This document shows, one piece after another, positions 36,052 to 45,741 of a DNA stretch of 64,000 bases. The notes below the pieces were generated by a model, which made no database searches, was not told where the DNA came from, and saw only the letters and a program-made list of their open reading frames with translations. The position numbers were made by a program, and so were the translations under genes. How positions within the stretch are numbered: the stretch's first letter is position 1; each line of letters starts with the position of its first letter. The stretch covers positions 11,308 through 75,307 of the forward strand of contig JBBTRK010000016.1 of assembly GCA_038065235.1 (NCBI GenBank). Reading direction: 5' to 3'. Source of the stretch: Patescibacteria group bacterium. Lineage in GTDB: Bacteria > Patescibacteriota > Patescibacteriia > PEXW01.

Positions 36052-37752
36052 TTAGGGTTGGGGTGGAGATTGGCGAATGTTTCCGAACCAGCGCGGGTGT
36101 CGGGCAAATCCTGCACTCGTGACAAGCCGCAGGAGCGTACGGGTTACAGTGATTGCCGAGAAGAGACTCACCACGATACCAATGAGAAGGGTTATGGCAA
36201 AACCCTTGATGAGACTCGAGCCAAACCAAATGAGAATGAGCGAGGTAATGATACTTGAAACATTTGAGTCACGAATTGAGAGCCAGGCACGCTTAAAGCC
36301 TTCTTCAATAGCCGCGTCGAGTGGCCGACCATTCCGTAGTTCTTCTTTCGTTCGTTCAAATATTAGAATGTTCGCATCGAGGGCAATACCGATAGACAAG
36401 ATAAATCCTGCAATACCAGCGAGCGTGAGGGTCACTGGCCATATTTTGAAGACTGCCAGGACAATAATGGTGTACAGCGCCAACGCAAGGGTCGCAAGAA
36501 ACCCAGGAAGTCGGTAGAAAACGATCATGAATAAACCGACGATAAGAATACCAAAGATTCCAGCAAAAATACTTCGTTCAATCGAGGTCGAACCGAGTGT
36601 TGCCCCAACCGTCTGCTGACTGACGAGCGAAATTGGTACTGGTAAGGCACCAGCATTGAGACGTCGCGAGAGCTCTTTTGCTTCAACGAGCGTGAAGCTG
36701 CCGCTAATGACGGCGCTGCCACCGGTAATCTCCTGATTCACCGTAGGATTGCTTAAGATTTGGCCGTCAAGGAATATTGCAATTGTCTTCCCAACATTAC
36801 GTTTTGTAATTTCGGCAAAGAGCTTTGCACCCTCACTATTGAACTGCAAAGAAATTTCTGGAGCACCTGTGGACTGGTTGAATGTGACAGATGAGCGCTG
36901 GAGCTGCTTGCCAGTAAGACCGGTTTCCTTAAATCCGGAGCCTGTTGCAGCTGCAGTTTGGGTACGGAAGAGAATATGGCGCCCTCGGACTTCCACAGCA
37001 TCTTTCCCATCAACTTTCGTTGTGCGCTGCTCTTCACGCTTGATTATGTGGTACCCAAATTGCGTCTGCACCAGTGTTTTTGTTACTTGCCCATCCTTCA
37101 AATCATCGAGGAGTGCTTTCTCAAATTCTGGAACGAAAGTTCCCTTCTTGGCAAAACCCAGATCACCACCACGCTTCGCTTGCGTGGTTTGATCATCGTT
37201 ACTCGGATCTTGGGTGTACTGGTCTGCAAGCGCGACGAAATCCTGCTTCGGATCAAGAGCCTTCTTCAACACTGCTCCTGCTTCGCTCTTCACCTTCGCA
37301 TTCTGGGCATCTAGCGTTTTCTGCTCTTCAGCTGTTGGGGGCTTCTGCTCAGCTGGTTCTTGGAACTGCAAGATAGGTGTGTCACCAATGAGGGTAATTG
37401 CCTGATTAATATCTTTCACCCCCGCGAGTTCAACAATGACCCGCCATTTGTCCCCCACTCGGCTTGTCTGGACCACGGGTTCAGAAACACCAAAAGCGTT
37501 CACCCGTCGCTCAATGACATCCCGCGCACTCTCTAACGCTTGCGCTTGATCAGCTGCGGGGATTGCGCTCGTATTTGCCTCATATACCAAAGCCGAACCG
37601 CCTTGAAGATCCAGACCGAGACGAAGATCGAACTGTCGTTGCAAGAACTTCCAGCCAAACGATGGGTGGGAAGGTAGAGCCACGTAACTCACCGCTGCAG
37701 TGAGCACAATGATGCAAGCAAAGGTAATCCAAACCCGACGACGCATAGTCAT
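36052..37752 (-). CDS. secD: Protein translocase subunit SecD with inserted parvulin PPIase domain
   Basis: LGLDLQGG, IERRVNAFGVSEP, LNAGALP, DANILIFER; insert with GGDLGF...FVPEFEKA...TQFGYHIIK...RHIL. Confidence 0.95.
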   Translation of the reverse strand: MTMRRRVWITFACIIVLTAAVSYVALPSHPSFGWKFLQRQFDLRLGLDLQGGSALVYEANTSAIPAADQAQALESARDVIERRVNAFGVSEPVVQTSRVGDKWRVIVELAGVKDINQAITLIGDTPILQFQEPAEQKPPTAEEQKTLDAQNAKVKSEAGAVLKKALDPKQDFVALADQYTQDPSNDDQTTQAKRGGDLGFAKKGTFVPEFEKALLDDLKDGQVTKTLVQTQFGYHIIKREEQRTTKVDGKDAVEVRGRHILFRTQTAAATGSGFKETGLTGKQLQRSSVTFNQSTGAPEISLQFNSEGAKLFAEITKRNVGKTIAIFLDGQILSNPTVNQEITGGSAVISGSFTLVEAKELSRRLNAGALPVPISLVSQQTVGATLGSTSIERSIFAGIFGILIVGLFMIVFYRLPGFLATLALALYTIIVLAVFKIWPVTLTLAGIAGFILSIGIALDANILIFERTKEELRNGRPLDAAIEEGFKRAWLSIRDSNVSSIITSLILIWFGSSLIKGFAITLLIGIVVSLFSAITVTRTLLRLVTSAGFARHPRWFGNIRQSPPQP

Positions 37753-37758
37753 GCCGCC

Positions 37759-37787
37759 ATGCTATCAATTTTTCGCTGTGCTGACAA
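37759..37787 (-). promoter_or_regulatory. sigma70 promoter of secD, leaderless geometry
   Basis: TTGTCA-17 nt-(TGa)TAGCAT, 6 nt before ATG 37752. Confidence 0.7.
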
Positions 37788-37794
37788 GCCTGCC

Positions 37795-39177
37795 CTACTC
37801 TTTCACGGTTACCGTCGTCCCTACACTTGCCCATTTGAATACTTCTGCAGATTCCTTTGGCGAAAGGCGGATGCAACCGTGAGAAACACGTTTACCAAGG
37901 TGCGCAACGCCCTCGTAGTACACGTCGCCATTCTTCAGCTTCCAGTATGGGAGTGAATGAATGCCGTAGGCTCCATCTGAGGTAATTGCCATCCAATTAT
38001 CCATGTATAAGGCGTAGCGACGAGAGTAAGCCGTAGGAATTTTATTCTGTGTCGTAAACGCTCCAAGTGGGGTTGGCGTAGACCATTTTCCTGTTGAAAT
38101 GAGGTGCGTGTCAACCAAGCGCGTACCTTCATACCGTCGCATGCGTTGATCAGAAATGTCGATAACAATTCTCTTTGATCCAGGAGCTCCTGTAAATTCC
38201 TCACTAACTTCTGGGGTTACAATGACGTCTGGGAGAAGATCCGAACCCATGCTCACTGGCGCTACGGAAATACCGGAAGTGTACTTTTTACCGAAGGGGG
38301 TGAATTGAATCTGTCCAGCGCTGCCATCTGCAGTGTAGCTTGTTACGACTGAAGTTTTCCCAGCAGCAGAGCCAACGATAATGTTTGGAGCATTCATCGC
38401 GCTTGCGGCACGGAGCGAATTTGGCGCGATACTCACCGTCTTGAAAGAATTTAGTAACGTACCACTACCAGAGAATACTTTCACTAAGGTATTTGGTTGT
38501 GAAACAACCGTAGCAATTTCTGCCTTGCCATCACCATTGATATCGACCGTTGCGAGTTGGACTCCGGAACGAACATTCGCAGGATACGCCCGAAATTGTC
38601 CAATACGTTTGCCCGTAGCTGAGAATGTAACAACAAACGATCCCCCACCCTGGCCAGGTGCAGTCACGATGTCTGCCTTGCCATCGCCATTCACATCGCC
38701 AACCGTAACGTGCGTACCGCCACGAAATTTCTTGCCAACAGCTAAGAACGCGCTTAGACGTTTTCCGTCAACAGTGTATACACGAATCTCTGGCGTCGTT
38801 CCGCTTCCGAAGTTAACAATAATTTCTTTCACCCCATCGCCATCTACATCACCCGCCGTGACGTACACAGCAGGATTTCCTTTCACATTATTTATTGGGA
38901 ACTTAGTAATTGTTGATCCATCCAGCCGAAGCAAACGAGCCAAAGGTTTCGATCCAGCAGGGCTGCCAACCAAAATTTCTGACACTCCATCGTTCCCAAG
39001 GTCTGCCGCCGTAACATGCGCTCCGGCGGGAATCGTTGGTAATTGCCGAATGAGCTTGCCCTCGGGTGAGTACAAACCTGCTAATGGTGCTTTCGCATCG
39101 ACTGACTGTGGAAGTAAACAAAAGAGGCCTAGCAAAATGCCAATGCCCAATAATGGAAGCGATCGAAAATGAAGCAT
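37795..39177 (-). CDS. Secreted FG-GAP-repeat beta-propeller plus L,D-transpeptidase (YkuD) domain
   Basis: Signal peptide; repeats ADLGNDGVSEI, GDVDGDGVKEI, GDVNGDGKADI, VDINGDGKAEI; YGIH...SHGCIRL; start at ATG 39177. Confidence 0.9.
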   Translation of the reverse strand: MLHFRSLPLLGIGILLGLFCLLPQSVDAKAPLAGLYSPEGKLIRQLPTIPAGAHVTAADLGNDGVSEILVGSPAGSKPLARLLRLDGSTITKFPINNVKGNPAVYVTAGDVDGDGVKEIIVNFGSGTTPEIRVYTVDGKRLSAFLAVGKKFRGGTHVTVGDVNGDGKADIVTAPGQGGGSFVVTFSATGKRIGQFRAYPANVRSGVQLATVDINGDGKAEIATVVSQPNTLVKVFSGSGTLLNSFKTVSIAPNSLRAASAMNAPNIIVGSAAGKTSVVTSYTADGSAGQIQFTPFGKKYTSGISVAPVSMGSDLLPDVIVTPEVSEEFTGAPGSKRIVIDISDQRMRRYEGTRLVDTHLISTGKWSTPTPLGAFTTQNKIPTAYSRRYALYMDNWMAITSDGAYGIHSLPYWKLKNGDVYYEGVAHLGKRVSHGCIRLSPKESAEVFKWASVGTTVTVKE

Positions 39178-39252
39178 AATGTGTATTTTTATTGTGTTTC
39201 TGAATACAGTGTAACACATAATTGACACGAAGTCAACTTTCATTCATACGTG

Positions 39253-41985
39253 TTACGCCGAAGTTTTTGCCATGAACTGCTGGTGCTCTGCAGTATTGAG
39301 TAACCCACACTTCTTATATTTCTTGCCACTCCCGCACGGGCAGGTGTCGTTTCGGCCAATTTTCTCTCCAGGTTCTTGATTCGTTGTTACCGACGTTGTC
39401 GCTGTTGGACTCGTTACGTCTGTTGATTCTTTCGCTGGTGCGCTAAACGTCAGCGCTTGCTTCGGCTGTTGGGTTGACGCAGGGACACTGATATTTGCTT
39501 TGAATATTGCATGTACAACCTGTGATCGAATCGCTGAGAGTAATTGACTAAAGAGAATGTACGCTTCTTTCTTGTACTCGACGAGCGGGTCCCGTTGGCC
39601 GTACCCGCGCAAGCCAATGCCCTGTCGCAAGTGATCCATGAGCGCTAAATGTTCGATCCAAAGGTTATCTATAACACGAAGTTCAACCGCGCGTTCGACG
39701 AGACGCATGAGATCTTGCCCATTCGTAGTTGCCTGTCGACCTGCTGGGGTTTCTCGAACCCGTTGCTCGAGCTCAGTGTACCCATTACTCAAAAGTTCTT
39801 GGATATGGTTTAAAATTTCATTTCTCGCCGCGACAGTGCTACCAACATCGGTAGCGCTCTTTCTAAAATGTTCAAGTTTTAACCGCGCTTGCAAAGGTAT
39901 GGGGAAAATAGCATCTGCAGATTCATATATCTCATCAATGTTCCACTCGTCTTCACGTTCCGCTGAAGTATGAGTTGAAATTATGCGCTCAATTTCCTCA
40001 TGCATGGCTTCGAGCATAGATGATCGTCGGCCTTCTGGTTTCTCTAAACTCTTCACCACATCACGGCGTCGACCGTAAATAACTTCGCGGTGCTTGTTTA
40101 TGACGTCATCATACTCCACGAGGTGTTTTCGAATATCGAAGTTATGACCTTCTACTTTCTTCTGCGCACCTTCAATAGAACGAGAAATCATTTTATTCTC
40201 AATGGGCATATCATCTGGCACGCCGAGGCGTTCCATAAGTGACTTCACTCGATCACCACCGAAAATACGCATGAGGTCATCTTCGAGAGACAAAAAGAAT
40301 TGCGAGGAACCGTTATCGCCCTGCCGCCCTGCTCGGCCCCGGAGCTGGTTATCTATGCGGCGTGATTCATGTCGTTCGGTACCAATGACGTGAAGCCCTC
40401 CCAGTTCACGAACCTTCTTCGCCTCATCCGGAACCGGCGGGTTACCACCGAGAATTATGTCGACGCCGCGTCCAGCCATGTTCGTCGCCACAGTTACGCC
40501 ACCTAGACGTCCAGCCTGGGTAATAATCGACGCTTCTTTCTCATGGTTCTTCGCGTTTAACACCTGGTGTGGAATCCCCTCTCGGTCCAGGAGCGTCGAA
40601 AGAATTTCATTCTTCGCAATAGAAATTGTGCCAATGAGAATTGGTTGGCCTTGCTCGTGCCGAACTTTCACATCACGGACAATGGCTTCCAGCTTGCCAG
40701 CTTCGGTCTTGTAAACGCTGTCGGCAACATCTTTCCGGAGCATGGGTTTGTTGGTAGGTATGCTTACAACATCGAGATTGTAGATTTTGCTAAACTCCTC
40801 GGCTTCGGTTGCCGCAGTCCCAGTCATACCGGCCAATTTGGTGTACATGCGAAAGTAATTCTGGAACGTAATCGTGGCGAGAGTCTGTGACTCTTGCTTA
40901 ATGTCGACGTGCTCTTTCGCTTCAATTGCCTGGTGCAGGCCTTCGGAGTAACGTCGGCCAAACATTAACCGCCCGGTGAACTCATCGACAATGACCACTT
41001 CACCCTCCCGGACAACGTAGTCACGGTCTTTCTTGAATAAGGCAAAGGCTTTCAGGGCTTGCTCAATGTGGTGGACCATCTCCACGCCACCCGCCGCGTA
41101 GATGTTCTCGACATTCAACCACTTCTCCATTTTCGAAATACCGTTTTCGGTGAGTGTTGAAGCCCGAAGTTTTTCATCGATATTGAAGTCTGGGCCTTCT
41201 TCTAGTTTCTGCACGAGTTCAGCAAACTTGTAGTACTGATCGCTCGGGGTAGAACTGGGACCCGAAATAATCAGCGGCGTGCGTGCCTCATCGACGAGGA
41301 TAGAGTCAACCTCATCAACAATGGCGTAGGAAAGATCTCGCTGGGCCATATACTGCGCATCTGGCACCATATTGTCGCGTAGGAAATCAAACCCATACTC
41401 ATTGTTCGTGCCGTAGGTGATGTCTGCTTTGTACGCAGTCGCTCGGTCAACCGGCCGGAGGAATTGCAGTGACTCGTCACCTGGGAAGCTCGGGTCGTAC
41501 ACGAACGCTGCTTCATGTTGGATAGAGCCAACCGAGAGACCGAGGAAACTGTAAATTTTCCCCATCCAACGGGCATCACGTTTCGCGAGGTAGTCATTCA
41601 CCGTGACCACGTGAACTCCTTTGCCCGCAATGGCATTGAGGTAGCATGGCAACGTCGCAACTAGGGTTTTACCTTCCCCTGTGCGCATTTCTGCAATCTT
41701 ACCTTGGTGCAGGATTATGCCACCCATGAGCTGCACGTCAAAATGACGCTGACCGATGGTGCGAAACGCTGCTTCGCGAACGAGGGCGAATGCTTGAGGT
41801 AACAGTTCGTCGAGCGATTCACCTTTGCTGTGCCGGTCGTAGAGCTTCTTCGTTTGCTCAGGAAACGCACTATCAGATAACTTCTTCATCTCTGGTTCAA
41901 GCGCGTTAATCCGCTCAACCAGTGGCTGCAGGGAATTCACGACGCGCGCATTTGCGTCACCGAAGATTTTTGAGAAGAGAGCCAT
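39253..41985 (-). CDS. secA: Protein translocase subunit SecA
   Basis: EMRTGEGKT, VDEVDSILVDEARTPLIISG, ATNMAGRGVDI, SEC-C motif CPCGSGKKYKKC. Confidence 0.99.
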   Translation of the reverse strand: MALFSKIFGDANARVVNSLQPLVERINALEPEMKKLSDSAFPEQTKKLYDRHSKGESLDELLPQAFALVREAAFRTIGQRHFDVQLMGGIILHQGKIAEMRTGEGKTLVATLPCYLNAIAGKGVHVVTVNDYLAKRDARWMGKIYSFLGLSVGSIQHEAAFVYDPSFPGDESLQFLRPVDRATAYKADITYGTNNEYGFDFLRDNMVPDAQYMAQRDLSYAIVDEVDSILVDEARTPLIISGPSSTPSDQYYKFAELVQKLEEGPDFNIDEKLRASTLTENGISKMEKWLNVENIYAAGGVEMVHHIEQALKAFALFKKDRDYVVREGEVVIVDEFTGRLMFGRRYSEGLHQAIEAKEHVDIKQESQTLATITFQNYFRMYTKLAGMTGTAATEAEEFSKIYNLDVVSIPTNKPMLRKDVADSVYKTEAGKLEAIVRDVKVRHEQGQPILIGTISIAKNEILSTLLDREGIPHQVLNAKNHEKEASIITQAGRLGGVTVATNMAGRGVDIILGGNPPVPDEAKKVRELGGLHVIGTERHESRRIDNQLRGRAGRQGDNGSSQFFLSLEDDLMRIFGGDRVKSLMERLGVPDDMPIENKMISRSIEGAQKKVEGHNFDIRKHLVEYDDVINKHREVIYGRRRDVVKSLEKPEGRRSSMLEAMHEEIERIISTHTSAEREDEWNIDEIYESADAIFPIPLQARLKLEHFRKSATDVGSTVAARNEILNHIQELLSNGYTELEQRVRETPAGRQATTNGQDLMRLVERAVELRVIDNLWIEHLALMDHLRQGIGLRGYGQRDPLVEYKKEAYILFSQLLSAIRSQVVHAIFKANISVPASTQQPKQALTFSAPAKESTDVTSPTATTSVTTNQEPGEKIGRNDTCPCGSGKKYKKCGLLNTAEHQQFMAKTSA

Positions 41986-42030
41986 AGTCTGCCTATCTTG
42001 CTACAGAGTGCAGTTCATTGCAAGCCAGTG

Positions 42031-42354
42031 CTAGACCAATCCGTGATGGCCGGCACGTTTGGAGATGAAACGATCCTTCGCATCCCGGAGCTGTCGCTCG
42101 AGTTTCTCTACACAAATATCTATTGCTTCATGCATTTCCGTGGCCTTCTCACCGGCTTTGTACGTCCGACCGCGCCATACCGCAGACCCTTCAACCCGAC
42201 AGATATTCCCGTGGCGTTGATTGTGGTCAACATCAAGCATCACTTTAATTTCGGATACGGGCTCTCGGCTCAGCCGCTCTAGCGCACCAAATTTTTGGGT
42301 TGCGTATTCGGTAATACTCGGAGTGAGCTTAAAATCTTTCGCAGAGACAATCAT
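42031..42354 (-). CDS. hpf: Ribosome hibernation factor (short HPF/RaiA)
   Basis: LTPSITEYATQKF...MHEAIDICVEKLERQLR; start at ATG 42354; upstream of secA. Confidence 0.9.
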   Translation of the reverse strand: MIVSAKDFKLTPSITEYATQKFGALERLSREPVSEIKVMLDVDHNQRHGNICRVEGSAVWRGRTYKAGEKATEMHEAIDICVEKLERQLRDAKDRFISKRAGHHGLV

Positions 42355-42358
42355 ATGT

Positions 42359-43270
42359 TTAGGGTAAAGATTGAGAATCAAAACCAAGGTAACGTACTTC
42401 CTCTTCCAGCTGCACGCCAAGCTGATCCCGTACCTGCTGCTTCACGTAGCTTATGAGTATGACAATATCTTCAGCGGTTGCATTGCCAGTATTCACAACG
42501 AAATTCGCATGGTCAGTGGATACCATTGCCCCGCCAATCTTCTTGCCTTTCAATCCAGCCTGGTCGATGAGTTTCCCTGCGTGACCGCCAGATGGATTCT
42601 TGAAAACACACCCTGCACACCAGGCACCTTTCGGCTGCCAGGATCGTCGCTCGACTGCCTCGCGTACTTTCGCCTGGATATCTGTGGGTGTACCAGGGGC
42701 GAGTTTCAACGTACCAGATACTATGATTTCTGAGCTTGCGTACTTGAATCGTGTATAGCGGTAAGAAACATCGAGTTCGGCTCGGGAACAGGTTTTCAGT
42801 TCGCCTTTGGAATCGATGTACGTAATTTCTTTTACGAATTCTGAAATACCATGGCCACCTGTACCCGCGTTCCCCGCGAGTCCCCCACCGAATGAGCCCG
42901 GGATACCTATGGCAAACTCTATGCCTGTGAGATTAGCGCTTATTGCTGAACGAACCACACGACTTAAAACAGTGCCAGCGTCAGCAATAATTGTACCATC
43001 AGGCAGAACCTCACAGTGTGTCGACGTTAGGTTCACAATTAACCCTGCGAACCCCGCATCAGCTACCAAAACATTGCTCCCACCCCCAAGGGCGGCCACT
43101 GGCAAACCTGCTCTCGTCGCGAGTTGCGCTGCTTTCTGAATAATTGAAATATCATTGCTCGCGAGAAAAAACGATGCTGAACCACCGACCTGAAACGTCG
43201 TATGCGAAGCTAAGGGTTCATCCAGTTTTAGCCCTGGAATGTTTTCGAGTTTTGTACGGGCTTCATTCAT
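42359..43270 (-). CDS. murB: UDP-N-acetylenolpyruvoylglucosamine reductase
   Basis: HTTFQVGG, LGGGSNVL, GIPGSFGG, AGCVFKNP, HANFVVN, LEEEV. Confidence 0.97.
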   Translation of the reverse strand: MNEARTKLENIPGLKLDEPLASHTTFQVGGSASFFLASNDISIIQKAAQLATRAGLPVAALGGGSNVLVADAGFAGLIVNLTSTHCEVLPDGTIIADAGTVLSRVVRSAISANLTGIEFAIGIPGSFGGGLAGNAGTGGHGISEFVKEITYIDSKGELKTCSRAELDVSYRYTRFKYASSEIIVSGTLKLAPGTPTDIQAKVREAVERRSWQPKGAWCAGCVFKNPSGGHAGKLIDQAGLKGKKIGGAMVSTDHANFVVNTGNATAEDIVILISYVKQQVRDQLGVQLEEEVRYLGFDSQSLP

Positions 43271-43298
43271 TGACAAGTATTGTGGTGCAACGTATACT
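43270..43298 (+). promoter_or_regulatory. Near-consensus sigma70 promoter of the 43348 gene
   Basis: TTGACA-17 nt-TATACT, overlapping the murB start on the other strand; SD agaaaggagg at 43331-43340. Confidence 0.75.
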
Positions 43299-43347
43299 AT
43301 AGCGCAATTTCCCTAAAACACACACGACAAAGAAAGGAGGGGCACAA

Positions 43348-44379
43348 ATGCTCGTTCCCATTTCGATTCCGCCCGTGCTACTCGATTTGTACCACCTCCT
43401 GCTCCGATTCTGGCAGGCACATGGTTTCATCACGCTTGTGGCGTTCGGGGCTGGTGGGTTTCTGGTTTTCCTTACCTACAGCCTCTTTGGCTACCGCAGG
43501 ATGAGGACCGTTCGACGGATTATTAGCATGGCTGAAGAAGCAGATATTGACGAGTTAGTGTATGGCTCATTCGTCAATCGGTTACGCATACGCCGCTCTC
43601 ACCAGGCAACTCGTAAACCCGTGCAAAATCTACAAGCTCCCGCAGTTCGAGGCACACGAACGGGACAGGATGACACGCTCAAACGCTTCGGCGACAGTAT
43701 TGTCTATTACTTCCCAGAGAATTCCTCGGACGTCCGAGAAGGTTTGCAAATGCCTGAGCATGCAACCTGGATTTTCGGTGACCCACCAGACATCCAGCTG
43801 CCACTCAACGTCATCCCAGTGACCATTGACGCTGTAGGGTCCTGGTATCCTGCAGTAATCAAGAGCAGTACTGGTCTCACCCAAGTACGGCCGACAATGA
43901 AACGGCAATATTGGAAACACGGGTACCGAAACCTCTTCATCGGTGACTTTGTCCTCAAAGGAGATATTCTTGGGACGGTTACCAACCCTGGGCTGACGAA
44001 ACGCCACGTCATTGTACGCTCACCTTGCAATGGTTTCATTTTGCAATTTGGGGCGTACCCCTTCACTCCCGTAACACTTGGGGCCAGTGTCATGCTCCTT
44101 GGGGAACTCGCAACCGTCGAAGCCTTCGAGTATCCTCATGACCTCGCTGGATTCTTTACCTGTAAACCCGAAGGAACAGAAAGTCTCGTTGGGACTATTC
44201 TCGAGCCTGATACGCTCATCGGTAATGTCAGTCTGCTCTTTGGCTCAATCCAAGAGCCAATCCATTCCACCGTACGCATGCGCATCGTTCGCCAGTACAT
44301 CAAGAACGGCGATGCGGTGCAGTATGGCCAAAAGCTCTTCGACTACATCCCACTCGACAAGCCCCTTAGCTCAAGCTGA
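43348..44379 (+). CDS. Membrane-anchored protein with two biotinyl/lipoyl-like (barrel-sandwich hybrid) domains lacking the modified lysine
   Basis: TM helix at about aa 27-49; domain 1 GDFVLKGDILG...VRSPCNGFI...PVTLGASVM; domain 2 VGTILEPDTLIG...IVRQYIKNGDAVQYGQKLFDY; has its own promoter, SD and terminator. Confidence 0.65.
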   Translation: MLVPISIPPVLLDLYHLLLRFWQAHGFITLVAFGAGGFLVFLTYSLFGYRRMRTVRRIISMAEEADIDELVYGSFVNRLRIRRSHQATRKPVQNLQAPAVRGTRTGQDDTLKRFGDSIVYYFPENSSDVREGLQMPEHATWIFGDPPDIQLPLNVIPVTIDAVGSWYPAVIKSSTGLTQVRPTMKRQYWKHGYRNLFIGDFVLKGDILGTVTNPGLTKRHVIVRSPCNGFILQFGAYPFTPVTLGASVMLLGELATVEAFEYPHDLAGFFTCKPEGTESLVGTILEPDTLIGNVSLLFGSIQEPIHSTVRMRIVRQYIKNGDAVQYGQKLFDYIPLDKPLSSS

Positions 44380-44393
44380 GGGGTTTTCTTTTT
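44359..44393 (+). terminator. Intrinsic terminator of the 43348 gene
   Basis: aagccccttagc-tcaa-gctgaggggttt hairpin followed by tcttttt. Confidence 0.7.
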
Positions 44394-45741
44394 GGGCGAG
44401 GTCAGCGAAGTGGGTGATGTCGCCTGCACCGAGGGTGAGGATGACGTCTCCAGGCTGCACAAGATTCGCTGCTGCCTGCAGTGCGGCTTGGACGTTGCTC
44501 ACACGAACCGTACGCGGTCCAATAGCGTTTGCCAGAGCATCAATATCAGCTTTCGGCCCGTCTTCCCGGCCCGCAACGTCGTAGACGTCAAGGAGTATGA
44601 CTTGATCTGAAGTTCTCAGAACTTTTGCAAAGTTGCTAGCAAAGGCAATTGTCCGGCTGTGGAGGTGCGGCTGGAAGATACTGATGAGTCGCCGCCCAGG
44701 AAATGCTTGCCGGGCCGCCTGGAGTGAAGCCGCAATTTCCGTCGGGTGATGGGCGTAATCATCAATGATTGTTGCTCCGTGCCACTCTCCGCGTTGTTCA
44801 AAACGTCGCCAGGTTCCAGGGAATGCCGCGACCCCTCGTTGGACAACTGCAAAAGGAATACTGAGTGCGTGAGCGACGCAGATGGCTGCTAAGACATTCC
44901 GAACGTTGTGTTCACCGAAGAGCTGTGACTGTACTGCACCATTGTACAATCCAGAAACGGTAAATGTCGTACCTCGCTCGCTGTGTGCAATACCTCGAGC
45001 GACGAGGTCGGCTTGCCCGAAGCCGAACGTCTGCACCTTTGCTCCTGACGCACCGGTGAGTACCCCAAGACTCGGATCATCCGCGTTCAGCGTGACCGTA
45101 CCAGCTACGGGTACATGCGAAATGAATACTGAGAAAGCTTTCACCGCATCAGCGAGTGTCGGGTACACGTCGACGTGCTCATGGTCGACGTTGAGAACGA
45201 TGGCGTGATTCGGCTGATACAGGAGAATGCCTTGGTTGTACTCATCAGCTTCCACAAGAACATCATCCCCTTTGCCCGTTCGCTCATTCGTATTTCCGAA
45301 TGCACGTAGTCGCGTGCCAACAATAACCGTCGGGTCGCGTTGTGCTTCCATCAGGATCGTCGCGAGGAAAGCGGTCGTCGTCGATTTTCCGTGCGTGCCA
45401 GCCACGGCAATGCTATTCTTCCCCTGCAGCAATTCGTTCACCGCCTCGGGGTAGCTCATTGTTGGTATACCCCTAGCAACTGCGGCAGCCCGTTCAACGT
45501 TTTCTGATGGAACGGCGACGGTATGGAGTATAAGGTCACAGTGTTCTGGTATATGCTTCGCTGCATGCTCACCAATGTGCACGTGCGCGCCATGCGCTTG
45601 CAGCCAAACGGTCGTCACATTTTCTCGTAGGTCACTTCCAGAAACCTGTTTGCCTTGCTCCAAGGCCCACTTGGCAATGGCCGAAACGCCAATTCCGCCG
45701 ATGCCAACGATGTGAATGTTTTTTGCTGCGTGTAAGGTCAT
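44371..45741 (-). CDS. murC: UDP-N-acetylmuramate--L-alanine ligase
   Basis: IHIVGIGGIGVS, AGTHGKSTTT, VEADE, DDYAHHPTEI, FQPH. Confidence 0.98.
   Translation of the reverse strand: MTLHAAKNIHIVGIGGIGVSAIAKWALEQGKQVSGSDLRENVTTVWLQAHGAHVHIGEHAAKHIPEHCDLILHTVAVPSENVERAAAVARGIPTMSYPEAVNELLQGKNSIAVAGTHGKSTTTAFLATILMEAQRDPTVIVGTRLRAFGNTNERTGKGDDVLVEADEYNQGILLYQPNHAIVLNVDHEHVDVYPTLADAVKAFSVFISHVPVAGTVTLNADDPSLGVLTGASGAKVQTFGFGQADLVARGIAHSERGTTFTVSGLYNGAVQSQLFGEHNVRNVLAAICVAHALSIPFAVVQRGVAAFPGTWRRFEQRGEWHGATIIDDYAHHPTEIAASLQAARQAFPGRRLISIFQPHLHSRTIAFASNFAKVLRTSDQVILLDVYDVAGREDGPKADIDALANAIGPRTVRVSNVQAALQAAANLVQPGDVILTLGAGDITHFADLAQKENPSA

Noticed and set aside
38381-39172. 263-aa ORF on the + strand
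   Set aside because: Antisense shadow of the FG-GAP/L,D-transpeptidase gene, with no recognisable motifs.
39295-39365. SecA SEC-C motif ending CG instead of CH/CC
   Set aside because: Minor variation in a dispensable zinc-binding tail; a His a few residues later could substitute.
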